Origin: Rhodospirillaceae bacterium
GTDB lineage: Bacteria > Pseudomonadota > Alphaproteobacteria > SMXQ01
Assembly: GCA_947474495.1 (NCBI GenBank)
Contig: CANJIM010000002.1
Location: forward strand, 14,978-78,977
Direction of reading: 5' to 3'
DNA length: 64,000 nucleotides
Part shown: in pieces, positions 37,978-47,317 of the stretch
Position numbering within the stretch: the first letter of the stretch is position 1
How the letters are laid out: each line of letters starts with the position of its first letter
Notes under the pieces: model-generated
Seen by the model: the letters and a program-made list of their open reading frames with translations, nothing else
Told to the model about the DNA's origin: nothing
The model's database searches: none
Program-made: the position numbers and the translations under genes

Positions 37978-38454
37978 CCTCGCCTCTCTTTGTTCAATAG
38001 CCCCCTCGTGCTCGGGTTCGACCATTTCGAGCGTGTGCTCGATCGCGTGTCGCGCAGCGCCACCGACGGCTACCCGCCGTACAATGTCGAGGAAACCGGC
38101 GCCAACCAGCTGCGCATCACCTTGGCGGTCGCCGGCTTCACGCTCGATGAACTCTCGGTCGGCGTCGAAGACAACGAGCTTGTCGTACGCGGCAAACAGG
38201 TCGACGACGAGAATCGCGTCTATCTCCATCGCGGTATCGCCGCGCGGCAGTTCCAGCGGCGCTTCGTGCTCGCCGAAGGCATCGAAGTGGTGGGTGCGGC
38301 GCTCGCCAATGGCCTGCTCAGCGTCGAGCTCGTCCGCCCGGAGATCGAGGCGCGCTCGCGCAGCGTCGAGATCCGCAATGGCGAAACCCGCGGCCAAAAT
38401 GGCGCCGCCGACCATGGCGCGATCCCGGTGGATCAGGCGCCCCGCAAAGCTTGA
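37975..38454 (+). CDS. Small heat-shock protein (Hsp20/IbpA family)
   Basis: SPLVLGFDHFER, GYPPYNVE, RITLAVAGF, YLHRGIAARQFQRRFVLA, NGLLSVEL; GAGGAG RBS. Confidence 0.93.
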   Translation: MPRLSLFNSPLVLGFDHFERVLDRVSRSATDGYPPYNVEETGANQLRITLAVAGFTLDELSVGVEDNELVVRGKQVDDENRVYLHRGIAARQFQRRFVLAEGIEVVGAALANGLLSVELVRPEIEARSRSVEIRNGETRGQNGAADHGAIPVDQAPRKA

Positions 38455-38548
38455 TGGGCACGGGATAATCCGGGGATTCCCTCGCGGAATCACCGGGCTG
38501 ATGAACTTAACCGGCCGTAAGTCGTTCACTTAATGGCCAGATGTCGCT

Positions 38549-38563
38549 TTAAGGCCCGCTTAA
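38549..38563. promoter_or_regulatory. Candidate CtrA binding site
   Basis: TTAA-GGCCCGC-TTAA, an exact TTAA-N7-TTAA, 45 bp upstream of the DUF1150 start. Confidence 0.5.
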
Positions 38564-38607
38564 GCAATGCGGGGTACCGTACAGAGGCATCCAGGAAGGA
38601 GGCAGTT

Positions 38608-38826
38608 ATGAATACCGCCGCACACACTCTGCCGATCATGTCCGATCACGATCTGGCCTCGCTTGGGCTTCAGGAAGTGGCTTATGTGAAACCCGTGAAA
38701 GTCGAAGGCGCCAGCGTCTTCGGCGTGTACGCGGCCGACGGCACCGAAATCGCCATCCTCGCCGATCGTGACGTCGCCATGGCGGCGATCCGCCAGCACG
38801 ATCTCGCTCCAGTCAGCGTGCACTAA
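38608..38826 (+). CDS. DUF1150-family small protein
   Basis: LASLGLQEVAYVKPV...GVYAADGTEIA...HDLAPVSVH; GGAGG RBS; adjacent to hsp20. Confidence 0.8.
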   Translation: MNTAAHTLPIMSDHDLASLGLQEVAYVKPVKVEGASVFGVYAADGTEIAILADRDVAMAAIRQHDLAPVSVH

Positions 38827-38880
38827 CTCACGCCTGCGCGCGGCCTCGCGCGCGGCGGCTGAACCGAACGCCTGAAATAT

Positions 38881-38918
38881 AGCGGGCGCGCCCTCCAATC
38901 GAGGACGCGCCCGCTTTG
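38881..38918. terminator. Hairpin terminator between DUF1150 and ptsN (convergent)
   Basis: AGCGGGCGCG...CGCGCCCGCT stem followed by TTGTATTT. Confidence 0.6.
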
Positions 38919-38935
38919 TATTTACGAAGTGCTCG

Positions 38936-39400
38936 TTAGGCGGCGTGACTGGTCGACGTGTCCGTCAGCAGCGAGAAGATCGCATCGCCGGTGTCAGAGC
39001 CGCGCAGCTTCTCGCACATCTCGCGATCGCGCAGCAGGCGCGACACGCGCGCCAGCGCCTTGAGATGATCGGCGCCGGCCGATTCGGGGGCCAGCAGCAG
39101 GAAGATGAGATCGACAGGCTGCTCGTCGACCGATTCGAAATCGATCGGCGTTTCCAGCCGCGCGAACACGCCGTAGAGATGCTTGAGGCCCGGCAGCTTG
39201 CCGTGCGGGATGGCGACGCCGGCGCCGACGCCGGTGGTCCCCAGCCGCTCGCGCTCAAGCAGCACTTCGAAGATGGCTCGTTCCTGCTCGCCGGTCAGGC
39301 CGGCGGCGAAACGGGCAAGCTCTTGCAGCGCTTGCTTCTTGCTGGTCGCCCGCAAGTTGGCAATCACGCTTTTCGGTGTAATCAAGTCGACGATCTCCAT
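38936..39400 (-). CDS. ptsN: PTS nitrogen-regulatory EIIA(Ntr)
   Basis: SKKQALQEL, RERLGTTGVG.GVAIPHGK, PVDLIFLLLAPE, DHLKALARVSR. Confidence 0.95.
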   Translation of the reverse strand: MEIVDLITPKSVIANLRATSKKQALQELARFAAGLTGEQERAIFEVLLERERLGTTGVGAGVAIPHGKLPGLKHLYGVFARLETPIDFESVDEQPVDLIFLLLAPESAGADHLKALARVSRLLRDREMCEKLRGSDTGDAIFSLLTDTSTSHAA

Positions 39401-39418
39401 GGCCGCCCCTGGCGCTCG

Positions 39419-39775
39419 TTAATCTTCGACCTCGTCATCGGCGTCATCGACGCCGGCGACGTCCTTCGCGCCTTCGGCGCGATGGTGGTCGCGCAGCTTG
39501 CGCTTGTGGCGCCGGAGCTGCTTGGCCGTACGTTCCAGGGCGAGGTCGAAAGCGGCGTAGGGGGCATCCGCTTCGCCATGGCCTTGGAATTGGATTTCGT
39601 GTCCGGCATTCACGTTGATGTCAGCACGAAACAAATGCGCCTCGCGGGAAAAGACGACTTTTCCCTCGATGGCGTTGCCGAAATATTTTTCGACGGATAC
39701 GGCCATATGCTCTTCGACATGGCTGCGCAAGGCGTCGCCGATGTCGATGTGCTGGCCCGAAACGGATATTTGCAT
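39419..39775 (-). CDS. hpf: Ribosome hibernation factor HPF/RaiA (short, 118 aa)
   Basis: MQISVSGQHIDIGDALRSHV...KYF, YAAFDLALERTAKQLRRHKRKLRDHH; lies between rpoN and ptsN. Confidence 0.9.
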   Translation of the reverse strand: MQISVSGQHIDIGDALRSHVEEHMAVSVEKYFGNAIEGKVVFSREAHLFRADINVNAGHEIQFQGHGEADAPYAAFDLALERTAKQLRRHKRKLRDHHRAEGAKDVAGVDDADDEVED

Positions 39776-39866
39776 GGTCCCCGCGATGAAAGTCTGAACT
39801 GACTGTGGCCGCTCTCGCCGACGCTCTGAGAGGGGCGAGAATGAGAGGGGATTTGAAAGTGCGCGC

Positions 39867-39895
39867 ACCTTAAAACCGCCCCCCTATCAAGTCAA
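39867..39895 (-). promoter_or_regulatory. sigma70-type promoter for hpf-ptsN
   Basis: Minus strand TTGACT-N17-TAAGGT in the rpoN-hpf gap. Confidence 0.55.
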
Positions 39896-39936
39896 CGAAA
39901 AGCCGTCCGGCGCGTTCCGGATATAGGTCTAAGTGA

Positions 39937-41484
39937 TTATAAAGACGAGGTTTTTTCGCGTCGGCGCTGGACCGAGGAGGGAATCCGCATGGCCTCGCGG
40001 TACTTCGCGACGGTGCGCCGGGCAATGTCGATTCCCTGGCCGTTGAGAATCTCGACGATGCGGTCGTCGGACAGCACCTCGGCCGGCTGCTCGGCGTCGA
40101 TCAATTCCTTGATGCGCGAGCGCACGGCTTCGGCCGAATGGGCGTCGCCGCCGCCGACCGAATTGGCGATCGCCGAGGTGAAGAAATACTTCATTTCGTA
40201 GATGCCGCGCGGCGTCGCCATGTACTTGTTGGTCGTGACGCGGCTGACCGTGCTTTCGTGCATGTCGATCACGGCGGCGATGTCGCGCAGAGTCAGCGGG
40301 CGCAGATGCTGCACGCCATGCTGGAAGAAGGCCTCCTGGCGGCGGACGATCTCGCTCGCCACCTTCAGGATCGTGGTCGCGCGCTGATGCAGCGAGCGGA
40401 CCAGCCAGTTGGCCGACTGCAGGCGGTCGGCGATGTAGTCCTTGTCCTGCTTGGAGCGGACGTCCTTGGTGACCTTGGCGTAGTAGGTCTGGTTGACCAG
40501 CACGCGCGGCAGGGTTTCGGCGTTGAGTTCGACCTGCCAGCCGCCCTTGGGATGCGGCTTGACCAGCACATCGGGGGTTACCGGCTGCGCCACTTGCGCG
40601 TCGAAGGCGAGACCGGGCTTCGGATCGAGGGCGCGGATCTCCTCGATCATCTGCACCAGGTCTTCGTTATCGACGGCGCAAATTTTGCGCAGCGCCACGA
40701 GGTCGCGCTTGGCCAGCAAGTCGAGATTGTCGAGTAGCGCCTGGATCGCCGGATCGAGCCGGTTGCGCTCGCGCAATTGCAAGGCGAGGCATTCGGAGAG
40801 CGAGCGGGCAAACACGCCGGGCGGATCGAAGGTCTGCAGTTTAACGAGGGTGCGTTCGACCAGGCCGATGTCGCAGCCGAGCCGATCCGCCAGTTCGGCG
40901 AGCTCGCCAGTGAGATAGCCGGCCTCGTCGAGCATTTCGATGAGATCGATGCCGATCAGCCGGTCGGCCGGATCGTCGAGCTCGATGTTGATCTGCGCCA
41001 GAAGATGGTCGCGCAGGCTGACGTCTTTCGACAGCGTATGCTCGAGGTTGTATTCGGCTTCCTCGAAATCGCCGCCACGGCTACCGCTGCCGCTGCCGCC
41101 GCTCCAATTGGCGAAGGCTTCCGGATCGCCCGCCGCGCCGTCCTCGCTCCAGACATTGCCGAAATCGGTGTCGAGCGGGCTTTCGCCCTCGCTCGGCATC
41201 GAATCGTTGCCGGCCATGTCGGCGCTGTCGCGCACGTCGGGTGCTTCGCCGACGTCGTCGCCGGTCTTCGCTTCGCCCTCGGCGCCTTCGGGGCGCGTGT
41301 CGCGCGCGATTTCCTCGCGTTCGGATTCCTCGCGCTCGAGCAGCGGGTTCTGCTCAAGCTCCTGCTCGACATAGGCCGAGAGTTCGAGATTGGAGAGCTG
41401 GAGCAGCTTGATCGCTTGCTGCAGCTGGGGCGTCATGACGAGCGATGTCGTCTGCCGCATGGTTAGTTTGGGGCCCATCGCCAT
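39937..41484 (-). CDS. rpoN: RNA polymerase sigma-54 factor
   Basis: MTPQLQQAIKLLQL, HESTVSRVT, RpoN box ARRTVAKYRE. Confidence 0.98.
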   Translation of the reverse strand: MAMGPKLTMRQTTSLVMTPQLQQAIKLLQLSNLELSAYVEQELEQNPLLEREESEREEIARDTRPEGAEGEAKTGDDVGEAPDVRDSADMAGNDSMPSEGESPLDTDFGNVWSEDGAAGDPEAFANWSGGSGSGSRGGDFEEAEYNLEHTLSKDVSLRDHLLAQINIELDDPADRLIGIDLIEMLDEAGYLTGELAELADRLGCDIGLVERTLVKLQTFDPPGVFARSLSECLALQLRERNRLDPAIQALLDNLDLLAKRDLVALRKICAVDNEDLVQMIEEIRALDPKPGLAFDAQVAQPVTPDVLVKPHPKGGWQVELNAETLPRVLVNQTYYAKVTKDVRSKQDKDYIADRLQSANWLVRSLHQRATTILKVASEIVRRQEAFFQHGVQHLRPLTLRDIAAVIDMHESTVSRVTTNKYMATPRGIYEMKYFFTSAIANSVGGGDAHSAEAVRSRIKELIDAEQPAEVLSDDRIVEILNGQGIDIARRTVAKYREAMRIPSSVQRRREKTSSL

Positions 41485-41492
41485 GGCGGCGC

Positions 41493-42290
41493 CTAAAGGC
41501 TAAACCGTTCCCCGAGATAAACCCGGCGCACGTCTTCGTGCGCCACGATCTCCGAGGGAGCCCCTTCCATCAGCACGCGCCCGTCGTGCAGGATGTAAGC
41601 GCGATCGACGATGTCGAGCGTTTCGCGGACGTTGTGATCGGTGATCAGCACGCCGATGCCACGGTCTTTCAGATGCAGCACCAGATCGCGGATGTCGCCG
41701 ATGGCGATCGGATCGATGCCGGCGAGCGGTTCGTCGAGCAGCATGAATTGCGGACGTGAGGCGAGCGCGCGGGCGATCTCGACGCGGCGGCGTTCGCCGC
41801 CCGACAGGGCCAGCGCTGGCGTGCGCGCGAGATGACTGATCGAGAATTCGGCGAGCAGCTCTTCGAGCTCGGCTTCGCGCTTGTCGGCGGCCGGTTCGAC
41901 CGCTTCAAGCACGGCGCGGATGTTGTTGGCCACCGTCATGCCGCGGAAGATCGAGGCTTCTTGCGGCAGATAGCCGATCCCCATACGGGCGCGGCGGTAC
42001 ATCGGCAGATCGGTGATGTCGGCGCCGTCGAGCGTGATGGTGCCGTACTCGGCCGGGATGAGTCCGGTCATGATGTAAAAGCAGGTCGTCTTGCCGGCGC
42101 CGTTGGGGCCCAAGAGGCCGACCACTTCGCCGCGTTGGACGTGAATGGTGACGTCGCGCAGCACCGGGCGCTTCTTGAAACGCTTGCCGAGGTTGTGCGC
42201 CGACAGGCCCTGGTTGTCGCGCACCAGCTGCGGACCGCTGCCGGGCGCGGCGGCGGGGGGTGCGGCATGGAGGGAGGCGGGCGCGGCCAT
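41493..42290 (-). CDS. lptB: LPS export ABC ATPase
   Basis: [44 protein letters not shown]. Confidence 0.95.
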   Translation of the reverse strand: MAAPASLHAAPPAAAPGSGPQLVRDNQGLSAHNLGKRFKKRPVLRDVTIHVQRGEVVGLLGPNGAGKTTCFYIMTGLIPAEYGTITLDGADITDLPMYRRARMGIGYLPQEASIFRGMTVANNIRAVLEAVEPAADKREAELEELLAEFSISHLARTPALALSGGERRRVEIARALASRPQFMLLDEPLAGIDPIAIGDIRDLVLHLKDRGIGVLITDHNVRETLDIVDRAYILHDGRVLMEGAPSEIVAHEDVRRVYLGERFSL

Positions 42291-42297
42291 CGGCGGT

Positions 42298-43287
42298 TCA
42301 GTTCCGCTTCGGCGCGGCGGGCGCAGAGGAGGCCGGGGCCTCTTCGCGTTTTTCGGGCACAAGCAGGGCGCGGACCGGTCCGCTGGCGCGGCCCGGCTGG
42401 TTGATCATTCGGCTGATCCCCGTGCGCATGTTCACTTCCGCCGCGTCTCCATTCAATTGGTTCTGGCCGCGCGTAATTTTAACCGATCCGGTCAGCGTCG
42501 CGATACCCGAATCCTCGAAGTAAACCCCGCGCTCGCCGCGCGCCACTTCTTCGGGCGTCGTGATCACGACGTTGCCGACGGCATCCATGCGCTCCAAGCG
42601 TGAATCACCTTGCGTTTGCCGACCGCTGCGCGTCGTTGTGGCGCTGTTGTTGGTCGCCACGCGAGTTGGTGTAGCGGCAGGCTTGGCAGCCGTCTGGCCG
42701 TTCGCCTGCTGTTGGCTATTCGATGGCTTAAACGTCGCGGTCAGCGTATCGGCGCGGATGCGGCGACCGTCTTCCGTGACAGTAAGCGCGTCGCCGCGCG
42801 CGATGGCGAGGTTTTTCTTGTCCCAATATTCCAGGCGGTCGCGCGCCGTGATGGTTTCGCGCGGCGTCACCAGCTTCAAGTTGTTGCCGGTCATGATCAG
42901 CGCGCCGTCGTCGATGGTGTAGACGGCATGCTGGCCATAGGCGGTTTCTTCGGTCGAGACGATGCGCACGTTGCCGTCCGCTTCGATCTTCCAGACTTCC
43001 GAACCGCCGCTGGCCGCTCCGGCCACTGCCGCCTTGCGGTAGTGCGCCGTCAGCGTGTCGGCATAGACCGTGGTGGTGCCCTTGATCGCCTTGGCGTTGC
43101 CGCGTGCGATGTAGGTGTTGTCGTTTTGGCGCCATTCGATGCCGTTGTCGGCATAGACCTCGAGCGGCACGTCGTCGTTGCTGCCGCCGCCGAGGCCGAG
43201 GCCCTGGGCAAAACTCTGGGGCGCGTAGGCCTGCGTCGCGGCGAGGAGAGCCAAGAGAGCGAGGATGAACATCTTCGCGCGGGTCAT
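42298..43287 (-). CDS. lptA: LptA/OstA-family LPS transport periplasmic protein (two OstA-like repeats)
   Basis: Signal peptide, [17 protein letters not shown] repeats, [16 protein letters not shown]; lies between lptC and lptB. Confidence 0.8.
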   Translation of the reverse strand: MTRAKMFILALLALLAATQAYAPQSFAQGLGLGGGSNDDVPLEVYADNGIEWRQNDNTYIARGNAKAIKGTTTVYADTLTAHYRKAAVAGAASGGSEVWKIEADGNVRIVSTEETAYGQHAVYTIDDGALIMTGNNLKLVTPRETITARDRLEYWDKKNLAIARGDALTVTEDGRRIRADTLTATFKPSNSQQQANGQTAAKPAATPTRVATNNSATTTRSGRQTQGDSRLERMDAVGNVVITTPEEVARGERGVYFEDSGIATLTGSVKITRGQNQLNGDAAEVNMRTGISRMINQPGRASGPVRALLVPEKREEAPASSAPAAPKRN

Positions 43288-44051
43288 GGCCGGCGCTCCG
43301 CCGTGTTGGCCGACGGCTTCTTGGTGGACGGCTGCGGCGAACTGTCGCCTTCGGAATAGAGCACGACCTTCGATTTACCGGTGAAGATAATAGTCTTTCC
43401 CTTGTCGAGCAGGCGGAAGCCTTCGCCCTCGGCGTCGCCGAACGGGCCGTGGCCGGTAATGCGTTCGTTGCCTTCGGCGGTGCCCTTGGTGAGGTCGACG
43501 CGCGCCGTCGGGCTGTTGAATTCGTAGCCCGAGTCGTGGAACAGGTTCACCCCGCCGAAGAGATCCAGCAGTTGAGTCTTCTGGCCGTAATTGCCTTCCG
43601 GCGCCTCGATGGCGATCCAGGTGCCGTCGGAGAGCGTCATGTCGGCCTTCGGCTTTTCCAATTCGATATCGTCGGCCTTGGGCGAATCTTGATTGGCGAC
43701 CTCGGCCGCGACCTCGGCCGTCACTTCGTAGGGCAGTTGGTTTTGGTCAAGCCCGGTGTAGCGCGGGTTGATCATGCGCAGACGTTCGGCATCGCCGATC
43801 TTCAATTCGGAAAAGCCCAGGTTGAATCCGCTATCGCGCGGCTGCAACTGCGGCCAGATGAACACGGCGGCGATCAGCGCCACGGCGACGGTCGGCAGCA
43901 GCAGTTTGGCGAGGGTCACGAAGCGCGAATAGCTGCCGCGCGGCGTGTCGCGCAGGCGACGGCGCGCGCGATGTACGCGGCGCGCAGTCTCGCCGATGCT
44001 GCCCGCAGGCAGATCGTCGTCGGAGCTGTTGCTGGCGTCGTTCACGGTCAT
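43284..44051 (-). CDS. lptC: LPS export periplasmic protein LptC
   Basis: YSRFV..AKLLLP TM anchor, MINPRYTG, LFGGVNLFHDSGYEF; ATGA overlaps on both sides. Confidence 0.85.
   Translation of the reverse strand: MTVNDASNSSDDDLPAGSIGETARRVHRARRRLRDTPRGSYSRFVTLAKLLLPTVAVALIAAVFIWPQLQPRDSGFNLGFSELKIGDAERLRMINPRYTGLDQNQLPYEVTAEVAAEVANQDSPKADDIELEKPKADMTLSDGTWIAIEAPEGNYGQKTQLLDLFGGVNLFHDSGYEFNSPTARVDLTKGTAEGNERITGHGPFGDAEGEGFRLLDKGKTIIFTGKSKVVLYSEGDSSPQPSTKKPSANTAERRP
43696..43719. repeat. Perfect 12-bp tandem duplication inside lptC
   Basis: GCGACCTCGGCC twice, giving protein TAEVAAEVANQ. Confidence 0.8.
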
Positions 44052-45124
44052 GCGAGCCCGGAACGCAGGCAATCGTGAATATGGAGGATGCCGACGGTCT
44101 TGCCTTTGTCGACCACGAAAAGCGTGGTGATGCTGCGCGCGTTCATGACGCCGAGCGCTTCGTCGGCGAGCGCCTGCGGACGGATCGTCACGGGGGCGGC
44201 GGTCATCATCTCGCCGGCTGTCTTGGTGAGCAGTTTCGGCGACATGTTGCGGCGCAAGTCGCCGTCGGTGACGACGCCGAGCAGCTTGTTCTTCGCATCG
44301 ACGACGCCGACGCAGCCGAAATGCTTGGCGGTCATCTCGATCAGCGCCTTGTCCATCGTCATCTTGCCGGGCACCAGCGGCAGCTCGCTACCGATGTGCA
44401 TGATGTCGGAGACCTTGAGCAGCTTACGGCCCAGGCGTCCGCCGGGATGGCGCATCTGGAATTCATCGGCGGTAAAGCCGCGGCGCTCCATCAGCGCGAC
44501 CGCGATGGCATCACCGAGTGCCAGCGTCATGGTCGTCGAGGTGGTCGGCGCCAAGCCCATCGGGCAGGCCTCGGCGGCGGCCGGCAGCACGAGCGCGACG
44601 TCGGCGTTATCGGCGAGCGAGCTCGGCTTGCGGCCGGTGATGGCAATCAGCGGAATGCGAAAGCGACGCGTATGGGCGACGAGATCGGTGAGTTCCGCGG
44701 TCTCGCCGGAATTGGACAGCGCCAGCACGACATCGCCGCGCGTAATCATGCCGAGATCGCCGTGGCTGGCTTCGCCGGGATGGACGAAGAAGGCCGGCGT
44801 GCCGGTTGAGGCAAGCGTCGCCGCGATCTTGTGCGCGACATGGCCGCTCTTGCCCATGCCGGAAACGACGACGCGGCCTTGGCAGGCCATCATCAGGTCG
44901 AGGGCGCGCGAGAAGTCGGCGTCGAGGGTGCGGGCCAGCGCCGCGATGCCTTCGGCCTCAAGATTGAAGACCCGTTGGGCGGCGGCCATGTCGCCAGCAT
45001 GCCTGGAGCCCTGCTCCGGAGCGACACGGAGCGCTTTGCGTGATTTCATGGAGATGACCTTGGCGCCCCGGTCCTTGCTGGGCGTCTCTTTGGGCGCGCG
45101 GGGTTTGGCCGTCCGAGCTTTCAT
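44048..45124 (-). CDS. kdsD: Arabinose-5-phosphate isomerase (KpsF/GutQ family)
   Basis: GMGKSGH, EASHGDLG, SNSGET, APTTSTT, HPGGRLG, CBS pair; start uncertain. Confidence 0.92.
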   Translation of the reverse strand: MKARTAKPRAPKETPSKDRGAKVISMKSRKALRVAPEQGSRHAGDMAAAQRVFNLEAEGIAALARTLDADFSRALDLMMACQGRVVVSGMGKSGHVAHKIAATLASTGTPAFFVHPGEASHGDLGMITRGDVVLALSNSGETAELTDLVAHTRRFRIPLIAITGRKPSSLADNADVALVLPAAAEACPMGLAPTTSTTMTLALGDAIAVALMERRGFTADEFQMRHPGGRLGRKLLKVSDIMHIGSELPLVPGKMTMDKALIEMTAKHFGCVGVVDAKNKLLGVVTDGDLRRNMSPKLLTKTAGEMMTAAPVTIRPQALADEALGVMNARSITTLFVVDKGKTVGILHIHDCLRSGLA

Positions 45125-45300
45125 GTCGTCTCGCCGAAGCGGTCGAAGGGGGGCGTAAGCCGGCGGGGCGGGCGCCCCGGCTGGCCAGCTATATGTGTTT
45201 ACTCCCTTCGCCCCGATCAATCAAAGAATTGCGGCGCGGAAAAGGCGCTAAATCGGCGGAATCCCTCAGCTTTTACAGCCGCGGACGGGGTGGGCGGGCC

Positions 45301-45924
45301 TTAATGGGCGAAGATGTCGTCGTCGGCCCAGCCGCCGATGTCGAGGGTGGCGCGCGCCGGCAGGAAGCGGAAACAGGCTTCGGCCAGCTCCATACGGCCT
45401 TCCCGCAGCAGCATGGCGTCGAGCTTGGCCTTGATGGCGTGCAGGTACAGCACATCCGAGGCGGCGTAATCGAGCTGCTCGGGGGTCAGTTTGGCGGCGC
45501 CCCAGTCGGAGCTTTGCTGCTGCTTGGACAGATCGGTGCCGGTCAATTCGCGGCACAGATCCTTCAGCGAATGGCGGTCGGTGAAGGTGCGCACCAGGCG
45601 CGAGGCGATCTTGGTGCAATAGACCGGCGTGCAGTCGACGCCGAGGTAATATTTGATCGCCGCGACATCGAAGCGCGCGAAATGGAAAATCTTCGTGACG
45701 TTCGGATTGGCCATCAAAGCCGCCAAATTCGGCGCTTTATAGGGCCGTTCGGCGATCGGACCGGGAAACTGCACGAGATGACAGTTGCCGTCGCCGGCCG
45801 ACAGTTGCACGAGGCAGAGCCGGTCGCGCAAGTGGCGCAGGCCCATGGTCTCGCTATCGACGGCAACGCTCGAGCCGAAGTCGAGCCCGTCGGGCAGATC
45901 GTTCTGATGGAGAAAATTGGCCAA
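45301..45924 (-). CDS. rnd: Ribonuclease D (short 3'-5' exonuclease domain)
   Basis: AVDSETMGL..RDRLCLVQL, KIFHFARFD, SKQQQSSDWG, YAASDVLYLH; ends DIFAH; TTG start. Confidence 0.88.
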   Translation of the reverse strand: MANFLHQNDLPDGLDFGSSVAVDSETMGLRHLRDRLCLVQLSAGDGNCHLVQFPGPIAERPYKAPNLAALMANPNVTKIFHFARFDVAAIKYYLGVDCTPVYCTKIASRLVRTFTDRHSLKDLCRELTGTDLSKQQQSSDWGAAKLTPEQLDYAASDVLYLHAIKAKLDAMLLREGRMELAEACFRFLPARATLDIGGWADDDIFAH

Positions 45925-45964
45925 AGCAGTCCGTCCTTATGTCGCGCCGCGTGCGGCGAGAGAG

Positions 45965-46051
45965 TGGTGCCCAGGAGAAGACTCGAACTTCCACGAGCTT
46001 GCGCCCGCTAGCACCTGAAGCTAGTGCGTCTACCAATTCCGCCACCTGGGC
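45965..46051 (-). tRNA. tRNA-Leu (CAG)
   Basis: Reverse complement GCCCAGGTGGCGGAATTGGTAGACGCA-CTAGC-TTCAGGT-GCTAG, long variable arm, AGTTCGAGTC...CCTGGGCACCA; 87 nt. Confidence 0.96.
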
Positions 46052-46327
46052 ACACAGGCTCGGACACGCGGCGGCAGGTAGGGTCCGCCGCGAGCCGGTT
46101 TGGATAGACGGCGGCGGCGCGAAAGTCAACCGGCGCCTGAGAAAGCGGGCTCTCAATGCCGGTTGGCCAAAGGGCGCTCCGAATCGGCAAAATGCCGCCA
46201 GCGGCAAGGGCTTGCCCCCGGCGCAGTTGACGCCTTTCGCGCTAGCGAATATTCACCCACAGACAGTCTATAGTCGCTTCATGGCGCCCGCCCGGGCGCC
46301 CGAGTCAATCGGTCAGAGGGTCAAGTC

Positions 46328-47275
46328 ATGGCGATCAAGCGCGTCACGGTGTTCGGCGGGTCCGGCTTTATCGGCCGTCACTTGGTGCAGCGCCTGGCGC
46401 GCGCTGGCGTGCGCGTTACCGTCGCGGTGCGCTCGCCGCGCCAAGCCGATTTCCTGCGTCCGCGCGGCGACGTCGGCCAGATCGCCCCGGTCGCCGCCGA
46501 CATCCTCGATGAGGCGGCGGTCGCCGCCGCCGTGGCCGGCGCCGACGGCGTCGTCAATCTCGTCGGCATTCTCTATGCGCGCGGCCGTTATGGCTTCGAT
46601 GCCGTCCACGCCGAAGGCGCTGAGATCATCGCCAAGGCTGCCGCCGCCGCCGGCGTGCAGCGCCTGGTGCATCTGTCGGCCATCGGCGCCGATGCCGAGT
46701 CGCCCTCGGCCTATGCGCGCTCGAAAGCGGCCGGCGAGGCCGCCGTGCGCGCCGCCTTCCCGCAGGCGACTATCCTGCGCCCGAGCGTGCTGTTTGGGCC
46801 GGAAGACGATTTCTTCAACTGCTTCGCCGCCATGGCGCGCATGTCGCCGGCCCTACCGCTGTTCGGCGGCGGCGAGACGAAGTTCCAGCCGGTCTATGTC
46901 GGCGACGTTGCCGACGCTATCGTGAAAAGCCTGACCGAGCCGAGCGCTGCGGGCCGCACCTTCGAACTGGGCGGGCCGACCGTCTACACGTTCGAGGAAC
47001 TGATGCGTTTGGTGCTGAGCGAGACGGGCCGCGAAGCGGCGCTGATCAAATTGCCGTTCTTTGCCGCCGACGTGATCGGCACCTTCGCGCCGCTGTTTCC
47101 GCTCGGCGCGCCGTTGCTGACGCGCGATCAAGCCAAGCTGCTGCGCATCGATAATGTCGTGCATGACGGCGCTGCGGGCTTTGCCCAACTGGGCATCCTG
47201 CCGACGGCGGCGGAAGCGATTTTGCCGAGTTATCTGGCGCGGTTCCGTAGGGGCGGCGGCGTTTACGCCAGCTAA
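46328..47275 (+). CDS. Complex I NDUFA9-like atypical SDR oxidoreductase
   Basis: VTVFGGSGFIGRH, GDVGQI, VVNLVGIL, YARSKA, RPSVLFGPED, FQPVYVGDVA. Confidence 0.88.
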   Translation: MAIKRVTVFGGSGFIGRHLVQRLARAGVRVTVAVRSPRQADFLRPRGDVGQIAPVAADILDEAAVAAAVAGADGVVNLVGILYARGRYGFDAVHAEGAEIIAKAAAAAGVQRLVHLSAIGADAESPSAYARSKAAGEAAVRAAFPQATILRPSVLFGPEDDFFNCFAAMARMSPALPLFGGGETKFQPVYVGDVADAIVKSLTEPSAAGRTFELGGPTVYTFEELMRLVLSETGREAALIKLPFFAADVIGTFAPLFPLGAPLLTRDQAKLLRIDNVVHDGAAGFAQLGILPTAAEAILPSYLARFRRGGGVYAS

Positions 47276-47317
47276 CGATATAGGCCCGTTTTACGGGACC
47301 ATTTGGCGCTGAGGCGC

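Noticed and set aside
45965-46327. Possible integration site at tRNA-Leu
   Set aside because: Flanked directly by core genes (rnd and the NDUFA9-like gene), with no duplicated 3' end or integrase.
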